This document shows positions 58,474-64,000 of a stretch of 64,000 bases of DNA, one piece after another. Position 1 is the stretch's first letter. Every line of letters begins with the position of its first letter. The position numbers and the translations under genes are program-made. This DNA comes from an uncultured Chloroflexia bacterium. Its GTDB lineage: Bacteria; Chloroflexota; Dehalococcoidia; SZUA-161. The notes beneath the pieces are model-generated. The model was not told where the DNA came from. It worked only from the letters and a program-made list of their open reading frames with translations, and did not search any database. Location: the NCBI GenBank assembly GCA_963847595.1, contig CAWKAJ010000001.1, positions 601,258-665,257 on the forward strand. Reading direction: 5' to 3'.

Positions 58474-59546
58474 TGTAGGGGCGACCGGCTGGTCGCCCTC
58501 TCCCAAATCCCCCCTTTTGCAAAGGGGGCAAGGGGGATTTTAGCCTCCTCTCGCCCCTGGAGGGAGAGATAAGAGTGAGAGGGATAATCCGTTCGCCCTG
58601 AATCCTTCTGTGGTAGGACAGGCTCCCCAGCCTGTCCCTGACCTGATCAGGGAGCACGAATCCAGGTGCCCTTCTCTTGTCATTGCGAGTCCTTCTCTGG
58701 AAGGACGAAGCAATCTCACCGCGCCTGTCTTGAGCCCCTGACAACGTACAACATGCCATTCCTGCGCAAGCAGGAATCCAGGTGCCCCCATATGTCATTG
58801 CGAGGAGTCCTTCAAGGAAGGACGACGCGGCAATCTCACCGGCCCCGCGTGACGCCCTAACGGGTAGGTTGGAGCACCCGCTCCAACCAGGTAGGGGCAC
58901 AGTGCACTGTGCCCTTCTGTATGTCATTGCGAGTCCGCCTCGGGCGGACGAAGCAATCTCCTCGTCATCATTCCGTAGGGGCAGACCCATGTGTCTGCCC
59001 GAATCTGAGAATAGGGTCGGTGCTCCGCAACCGACCCTTTCGTAGGGGCAATTCATGAATTGCCCCTTTAATGTCATTCCTGCGCAAGCAGGAATCCAGG
59101 CGCCCCTAATTTTCCCTCCCCTGGAGAGAGAGAAAAGCCTGTCCTGAGCCCCTGACAACGTACAACATATCATTCCTGCCCTGAGCAGGAATCCAGGCGC
59201 GCCACGAACCAATCCCCCCTTTTGCAAACTTGTCCCTAACTCGTTCAGGGAGGGGGCAAGGGGGATTTTAGCCTCCTCTCGCCCCTGGAGGGAGGGGGAT
59301 AATCCGTTCGCCCTTAGCCCTGTCCTGAGCCCCGTCGAAGGACTGTCGAAGGGCTATCCTTAATTGGGTAGCTTGGAGCACCCGCTCCAACCTCGTAGGG
59401 GCACAAGGCATTGTGCCCAAAAACGTAGGGGCGAGGGCCCTCGCCCCGGGATCCGAAGAGCGACTTCTTTACTGCTGATCGGGGTATCGCAGCATGTTAC
59501 TGATCTCCCGTTAAAATAACCTTTCGCATTAAATCCGACTAGTTCG
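58474..59546. repeat. about 1.07 kb ORF-free array of more than 20 short hairpin-repeat modules (H1, H3, H4, H5, H6, H7 families)
   Basis: Examples: gtaggggcGACCGGCTGGTCgccctc, tgtcattgcgag..gcaatctc (x3), cattcctgcgcaagcaggaatccagg (x3), gtaggggcACAGTGCACTGTgccc, gtaggggcAGACCCATGTGTCTgccc, gtaggggcAATTCATGAATTgcccct, ggtaggttggagcacccgctccaacc (x2), cccccctTTTGCAAA...gggggg (x2). The track's 312-aa ORF here is repeat-derived. Confidence 0.85.
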
Positions 59547-60998
59547 CTACGCTGCGCTGCAATATTCGCTATATCTTACCAGGTGAGCAAGTATTTTAGC
59601 TGATTCTTCCGGGTCAGGGTAGAGATTTAGATGGCTCTGCTTCAATGTCAGAGGAACCGTGCCCTGAGTTTCGAAACGCGCTGCTCCAACGGTGAAAAGG
59701 ACGGGCTTACGGTGTTTTGCCATAAGCTCAATAGTCGTCTTTATGTTCTCAAGCTCAGGTTCCTCCATTTGCATTCCCACCTCTTGAGTAGCCTTTTTCA
59801 TCAACGGTGGTGCCCACGTAGCGTAGCCGGAGGTCATCGCGACACCGCCGATAACCAATATGGCGTCGAAATTCTCATCCTCTATCATTGGCCAGAGAGC
59901 CTGGTAGCTGACGAAGTCCCCGGCAGGATCGACTGGGTTTCCTCCGGACCACCTTCGCGACATCATAGACTCCAATTTCTCCATAGTAGCTGCTGACAGA
60001 GGGGGCAGTTCTAAACCCTCTTTCCTCAAGGCGTCTGCGGCGATGACTGCCATCCCACCGCTCATAGACAGCACTCCTACCCTTCTCCCCCGGGGCAGCG
60101 ACTGACCCAGCAAAGCCACAGCGACATCTATCATTTCGTGAAGCTTCTCCACCCGGATCACACCGCACTGCTTGAACGCAGAATCGAGCGTTGCATCCGA
60201 TCCTGCCAGAGCAGAGGAGTGAGACCGCGCTGCCCTGCTCCCGACATCCGTACGCCCCACCTTCATAATGACCATGGGCTTCTTTTTTGTTATTTCCCTT
60301 GCCAGTTCAAGGAAACGCTTGCCTTCTCTGAAGCCTTCTACGTAACCCAGGACAACCTCGGTTTTCTCATCCTGAGCCAGATACTCCAGATAGTCTTCGA
60401 AGCGCAGGTCGCCCTCGTTTCCGCTGCTGATAAACTTGCTAAACCCGACTCCCATCTGCAGCCCGTAATCGAGTATTGCCTGGCCCGAGTTCCCGCTTTG
60501 AGAGATGAGCGCCACATGACCTCTCTCGATAGGGGGCATGAAAGGCACAGTGCAGAATTCTGCGTACGGGTTACAAAACCCCAGGCAGTTCGGACCTATG
60601 AAGCGTATACCGCCTCGCCGGGCGATTTCAACCGCCTCCCGTTGTATTCTTGCGCCTTCTTCACCTGTCTCGGCAAGACCGCCGGAGATAATGACAGCGC
60701 TCTTGACTCCCTTTCTAACGCAGTCTTCCATAGCAGCGGGGACATCCTGAAACGGGACCGTTATCACAGCAAAATCCACTGGCCCGGGCACTTCAACCAC
60801 GCTCATATAAGCTTTCATCCCCATCACTTCGGCTTCCCTGTTGTTGACCGCGTAAATCTCTCGCCCCTGCTTATGGCTCAGTACGCGGCTTAGCACGTTG
60901 TATCCCCACTTACCGAAGTTGTTAGAAGCCCCGATGACCGCCACTGCCCTAGGATTGAACAAATTATCCAACTGCTCTTTTAGACTCATGTTGCTCAT
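59547..60998 (-). CDS. NDP-forming acyl-CoA synthetase alpha-domain protein (CoA-binding + succinyl-CoA-ligase-like domains)
   Basis: NPRAVAVIGASNNFGKWGYNVLSRVL...RFIGPNCLGF pattern of ADP-forming acetyl-CoA synthetase and related enzymes. The start is set at MSNMSLKEQ (RBS GGGAGAGG). The track ORF begins at 61052. Confidence 0.85.
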   Translation of the reverse strand: MSNMSLKEQLDNLFNPRAVAVIGASNNFGKWGYNVLSRVLSHKQGREIYAVNNREAEVMGMKAYMSVVEVPGPVDFAVITVPFQDVPAAMEDCVRKGVKSAVIISGGLAETGEEGARIQREAVEIARRGGIRFIGPNCLGFCNPYAEFCTVPFMPPIERGHVALISQSGNSGQAILDYGLQMGVGFSKFISSGNEGDLRFEDYLEYLAQDEKTEVVLGYVEGFREGKRFLELAREITKKKPMVIMKVGRTDVGSRAARSHSSALAGSDATLDSAFKQCGVIRVEKLHEMIDVAVALLGQSLPRGRRVGVLSMSGGMAVIAADALRKEGLELPPLSAATMEKLESMMSRRWSGGNPVDPAGDFVSYQALWPMIEDENFDAILVIGGVAMTSGYATWAPPLMKKATQEVGMQMEEPELENIKTTIELMAKHRKPVLFTVGAARFETQGTVPLTLKQSHLNLYPDPEESAKILAHLVRYSEYCSAA

Positions 60999-61095
60999 GC
61001 TACCTCTCCCACCCTGGGTTGACGTTTCCCCCGAAAACAGTAGCACCGCCATTTAGAGTCCTCCGCTATAATAAAACGAAAGAGGAGGGCTCATC

Positions 61096-61362
61096 ATGGT
61101 ACGCAAGAGGTACACCGAGGAACAGATCATCGCCGTGCTCAGGGAGGCAGAGGCCGGAGCTAAAGTAACCGATCTCTGCCGTAAATATGGGATGAGCGAT
61201 GCCACCTATTACAACTGGAAAGCCAGGTATGCCGGACTGACCGTCAGTGAACTGAAAAGGTTGAAAGCCTTAGAAGAGGAAAACCGGCGTCTCAAGCAAA
61301 TCGTGGGCGAGCAAGCACTGGACATCAGAGCGCTCAAGGATCTGCTATCAAAAAACTTCTAA
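61096..61362 (+). CDS. IS3-family transposase OrfA (HTH)
   Basis: MVRKRYTEEQIIAVLREAEAGAKVTDLCRKYGMSDATYYNWKARYAG...LKRLKALEEENRRLKQIV (leucine zipper). Slippery heptamer A AAA AAC at 61350-61356 in the OrfA frame. Confidence 0.9.
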   Translation: MVRKRYTEEQIIAVLREAEAGAKVTDLCRKYGMSDATYYNWKARYAGLTVSELKRLKALEEENRRLKQIVGEQALDIRALKDLLSKNF

Positions 61363-62183
61363 AGCCCGGGGCCAAACGCCTGGCAGTTTCCCATGCCAGG
61401 GAGAGTCTTGGGCTGAGCGAAAGGAAAGCCTGCCTGCTGGTCAATATTTCGGCTTCGGTATATCGCTATAGGCCGAAATCGGATAGTGATGTTGCCCTGC
61501 GTCAGCGTTTACGGGAGCTGGCAGGACAGAGAAAACGGTTTGGCAGTCCCCGGCTCCACATTTTGCTGAGAAGGGAGGGGCTGGTGATTAATCACAAGCG
61601 GACAGAGAGGATCTATCATGAAGAGGGATTGGCGCTGAGGAGAAAGAGGCGTAGGAAAGGTGCTGCCGGGTTGAGGGTAATCATGCCATCACCGCAGAGG
61701 CCAAACCAGCGCTGGTCCATGGATTTTGTTACTGACAGCATCGTCACCGGGCGGCGTTTTCGCGCCCTTGCCATCGTGGATGACTACTCCCGGGAATGTC
61801 CCGTCATCGAGGTGGACACTTCACTGGGTGGTGCCAGAGTGGTGAGTGTGCTGGAAAGGCTAGCTGAAACGAGGGGATTGCCTAACGTAATTACCACGGA
61901 CAATGGGCCGGAATTCGCAGGGCGGGCACTCGATGAATGGGCATACTGTAAGGGCGTGAAGCTGAACTTCATCCGGCCGGGAAAGCCAATTGAGAATGCC
62001 TATGCCGAGAGCTTCATCGGCAGGCTCAGGGACGAGTGTTTGAACGAGAACTGGTTTATGAACCTGAAGCATGCCCGGGACATCATCGAAGACTGGAGGA
62101 GGGATTACAACGAGGTCAGGCCACACAGCTCATTGCACGGTAGGGCTCCCATGGAGTATGCTGAAACAGCGGCTGGGCTCTAA
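61353..62183 (+). CDS. IS3-family transposase OrfB (integrase/DDE rve core), expressed as an OrfAB fusion by -1 frameshift
   Basis: The -1 frame reads KLLKPGAKRLAVSHARESLGLSERKACLLVNISASVYRYRPK... It continues into the listed ORF (61563-62183), which has DDE-integrase hallmarks (WSMDFVTD, ITTDNGPEF, ENAYAESFIGRLRDECLN). No internal stops are seen. Confidence 0.85.
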   Translation, partial: KLLKPGAKRLAVSHARESLGLSERKACLLVNISASVYRYRPKSDSDVALRQRLRELAGQRKRFGSPRLHILLRREGLVINHKRTERIYHEEGLALRRKRRRKGAAGLRVIMPSPQRPNQRWSMDFVTDSIVTGRRFRALAIVDDYSRECPVIEVDTSLGGARVVSVLERLAETRGLPNVITTDNGPEFAGRALDEWAYCKGVKLNFIRPGKPIENAYAESFIGRLRDECLNENWFMNLKHARDIIEDWRRDYNEVRPHSSLHGRAPMEYAETAAGL

Positions 62184-62212
62184 TAGCCGGTGATACTAAT
62201 ACCGGGGGAAGG

Positions 62213-63106
62213 TCATACTTCCTGATAACTATCTAGATAATCGATGAATTGTATCTCATATTTTGGTGGTGGGTCATTTTGTCTCAATCTAGTGGTGGTA
62301 TGTAGAAGAGAAAGTACACTAAAATCATTGGTATTTAAGGAGCAACCGATTATCCGTAATATATCACATTTCAGGCAAGATCTTGCTTTCCCCCAGATAG
62401 CGTTAAACGGGTAATAGTCATTCCTTTTGATTACACCTGGAGGAACCCAGAGTATATGATCTCTATCGTCGTTCATATTGATAAGATTTTCATTAATTCT
62501 TACTGGATTTGTATTTTCCCAATTAAAAGAACCGTGTAATTTACATAGGGCTGGAATACCTGTATTATTCGTAATTTCACCGTTTTCTGGTATTACTTCA
62601 AACGGGATATTTAGGCTCGCGTAATTCTCAAACATAGCCTTTTCTATAAAGTTGTCGTAGTTTAAAGTAAGAATTGCACACAATTCTTCGTTAAAATCCG
62701 GTAACGAATACATATCAAGCAGTGCAGTTATTAGGTTTGGAGATTGTTTTTCATTCCTTAGCCCATTTTTAATCCTATTATTTATCGATTTTCTAAAGTA
62801 ATTTCGTAATTTGTTAGTACGCTCCTTGTCTTTAAAAGTGCCGGAGGATTCATAAAGGGTTATTATCTCTTCAATATCAACGTTTCGGTGTATTTTTCGT
62901 TCATCTAACCATGTAATATTGCTCAAGTCTCTCAATGAAACATCTTCTTCATTTTTACAAGCTAATAAGACATCTTCAGCTATATCGGCCATTAATATTC
63001 CATCATTTGTTGGATCGAGATGTTTAATGACAGCATGACTCGCACCAGCGCCCAAGAGATATACAACTTTCTTCTTTTCGTCAGGCATCTTTTCTCCAAA
63101 AAACAA
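62213..63106 (-). CDS. SIR2_2-family (ThsA/DSR-like sirtuin) domain protein, AT-rich
   Basis: VVYLLGAGASHA (G-A-G-x-S), ILTLNYDNFIE (xNYD..hE) and LCKLHGS (K-h-H-G) match the three signature motifs of defence-type SIR2 domains. The stop codon (TGA, 62215..62213) is formed by the first bases of the IS3 right terminus. Confidence 0.75.
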   Translation of the reverse strand: MFFGEKMPDEKKKVVYLLGAGASHAVIKHLDPTNDGILMADIAEDVLLACKNEEDVSLRDLSNITWLDERKIHRNVDIEEIITLYESSGTFKDKERTNKLRNYFRKSINNRIKNGLRNEKQSPNLITALLDMYSLPDFNEELCAILTLNYDNFIEKAMFENYASLNIPFEVIPENGEITNNTGIPALCKLHGSFNWENTNPVRINENLINMNDDRDHILWVPPGVIKRNDYYPFNAIWGKARSCLKCDILRIIGCSLNTNDFSVLSLLHTTTRLRQNDPPPKYEIQFIDYLDSYQEV

Positions 63107-64000
63107 TGCTTTCTCGGGACGGACTTCTCATATAGTCTCTCATTTGTTGAGAGCTATTTCCCCTATATCTTACAGCCCATATATTTTCCGGACTTAAGCC
63201 CACTTGTAATCCAATTTCAGATAATATTTCATCGACAAGGATGTCAACTCCTGCAAATCGAACATTACTAATGACCATAGCCACTTTCCCGCCATTTCTT
63301 AGGCACCTGTGTATCTCAGAAAGAGATAAATACATATCTTCAAAATAACCTTCTAACATCTTGATCACTTGCGGATTATTAGCACCATTCCTTTTGACTT
63401 GGGCGATTAAGGACTCAAGTGTATCTGGTATTTGATAGCCGATAGCTTCATATTTTTCCCTTGCCTCGACATGTGACCGGATCGTTTCATAACGTATCCT
63501 TTTAAGTTGATCGTTATCTGATATAAAATCGAACATCATCTCTAGAGAATATATTCTAGTATAATCATGCCGGTTGGGGTATGGAGGAGAAGTGATAACA
63601 GCATCATATTTTCTTTGAGTAGGAAGTTTTCTCGCATCGCCTATCTTGGCCAATGAACTTACATTTTTGCCTTTCTCGTATTTGAATTCAAGTACATCTT
63701 GAATCATGGACTCTACTTTGTTTAAAAACTCACCCATTATCTCATTTGGGTTCACCTGACGATTTATTATGCGAAGAAACCCCCCATCCTTCGAGGTATT
63801 GCTTGCAGACTCAATAATACTTAGGAATCCAAGGTTGAAAAAAGCCCTAATCTTAGGATTTTCAATATTGTCTTCGATTCTAGATTTTATCGACAACAAT
63901 TCTTTTGCTACGTCTGTGCTAAAAGCTTTTTTAACTATAGGGATATTAGGTAGAACTCTATTATCATTACTTATTACATCTTTTGTTTTTAGCACTTCAA
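63081..64000 (-). CDS. DNA amino-methyltransferase (N4-cytosine/N6-adenine type, SPPY motif IV); N-terminus lies beyond the window end
   Basis: DAVITSPPYPNRHDY is a classic motif IV. CLRNGGKVAMVIS is downstream. The reading frame is still open at 64000, so the ORF is 5'-truncated by the window. Its 3' end overlaps the SIR2 gene start by 26 nt. Confidence 0.7.
   Translation of the reverse strand, partial: EVLKTKDVISNDNRVLPNIPIVKKAFSTDVAKELLSIKSRIEDNIENPKIRAFFNLGFLSIIESASNTSKDGGFLRIINRQVNPNEIMGEFLNKVESMIQDVLEFKYEKGKNVSSLAKIGDARKLPTQRKYDAVITSPPYPNRHDYTRIYSLEMMFDFISDNDQLKRIRYETIRSHVEAREKYEAIGYQIPDTLESLIAQVKRNGANNPQVIKMLEGYFEDMYLSLSEIHRCLRNGGKVAMVISNVRFAGVDILVDEILSEIGLQVGLSPENIWAVRYRGNSSQQMRDYMRSPSRESIVFWRKDA

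Larger units (their letters stand above)
61020..62215 (+). mobile_element. IS3-family insertion sequence (orfA/orfB with -1 frameshift), about 1.2 kb
   Basis: Imperfect terminal inverted repeats of about 31 bp beginning TGAC: left tgacgtttcccccgaaaacagtagcaccgcc, right (reverse complement) tgaccttcccccggtattagtatcaccggc, about 23/31 matching. No convincing target-site duplication is seen. Confidence 0.75.

Noticed and set aside
58289-59227. Track ORF 58289..59227 (-, 312 aa) and other ORFs inside repeat mosaics
   Set aside because: The reading frames run through palindromic repeat modules. The translations are Gly/Arg/Pro-rich with no family resemblance. I treat them as non-coding.
58474-59546. 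Possible CRISPR array, suggested by many short palindromic repeats in an ORF-free stretch
   Set aside because: The repeats belong to several different families and are not identical. They are irregularly spaced, with no uniform spacer length. The same modules occur singly all over the window, and no cas genes are present.

Overview
This 64 kb window is chromosomal DNA of roughly 55-58% GC, apparently from an anaerobic bacterium. It is dominated by acyl-CoA, 2-oxoacid and aldehyde redox metabolism. The coding content is as follows.
- Carboxylase genes: a biotin-carboxylase gene and a biotin-carrier-domain gene sit next to three paralogous acyl-CoA carboxyltransferase genes (PccB/MmdA/GcdA family).
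- CoA transferases and AORs: four family-III (CaiB/BaiF) CoA-transferases and three aldehyde:ferredoxin oxidoreductase (AOR) paralogs of about 650 aa.
- A co-directional 2-hydroxyacyl-CoA-type cluster (28579-39599) encodes an acetyl-CoA hydrolase/transferase-family CoA-transferase, an HgdB/HgdA-like dehydratase pair, a family-III CoA-transferase, a three-subunit 2-oxoacid:ferredoxin oxidoreductase, a TPP enzyme, a D-2-hydroxyacid dehydrogenase and a ferredoxin. No activator ATPase is present.
- A cytoplasmic molybdopterin (bis-PGD) oxidoreductase operon (50970-58473) also encodes a 4Fe-4S subunit, an AOR and two CoA-transferases, and follows a LuxR-type regulator.
- A form-IV RuBisCO-like protein lies in an operon with an FGGY sugar kinase and a saccharopine-dehydrogenase-like protein.
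- Housekeeping and envelope genes include TerC, an esterase, an M28 peptidase, an S41 protease, a family-5 solute-binding protein (SBP), and a secreted BNR/Ycf48-like repeat protein.

Against this core, three things stand out.
- The intergenic DNA is saturated with a modular family of short hairpin repeats. They culminate in a roughly 1.07 kb ORF-free array at 58474-59546. Within a module the stem sequences differ between copies but stay self-complementary (compensatory covariation).
- Low-GC islets carry apparently foreign genes. One is a zinc-type alcohol dehydrogenase (ADH) cassette bracketed by repeats. Another encodes a PUA/EVE-like protein with a probable PD-(D/E)xK C-terminus, a candidate modification-dependent restriction enzyme.
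- At the right edge, an intact IS3-family element abuts an AT-rich defence-like operon. The operon encodes a 5'-truncated amino-methyltransferase with an SPPY motif, translationally overlapped with a SIR2_2 (ThsA/DSR-like) protein. I do not recognise an MTase-SIR2 pairing as a named system, and its upstream end is outside the window. This is the best candidate here for something new.

All calls rest on reading the translations, motifs and repeats by eye. No database searches were run.
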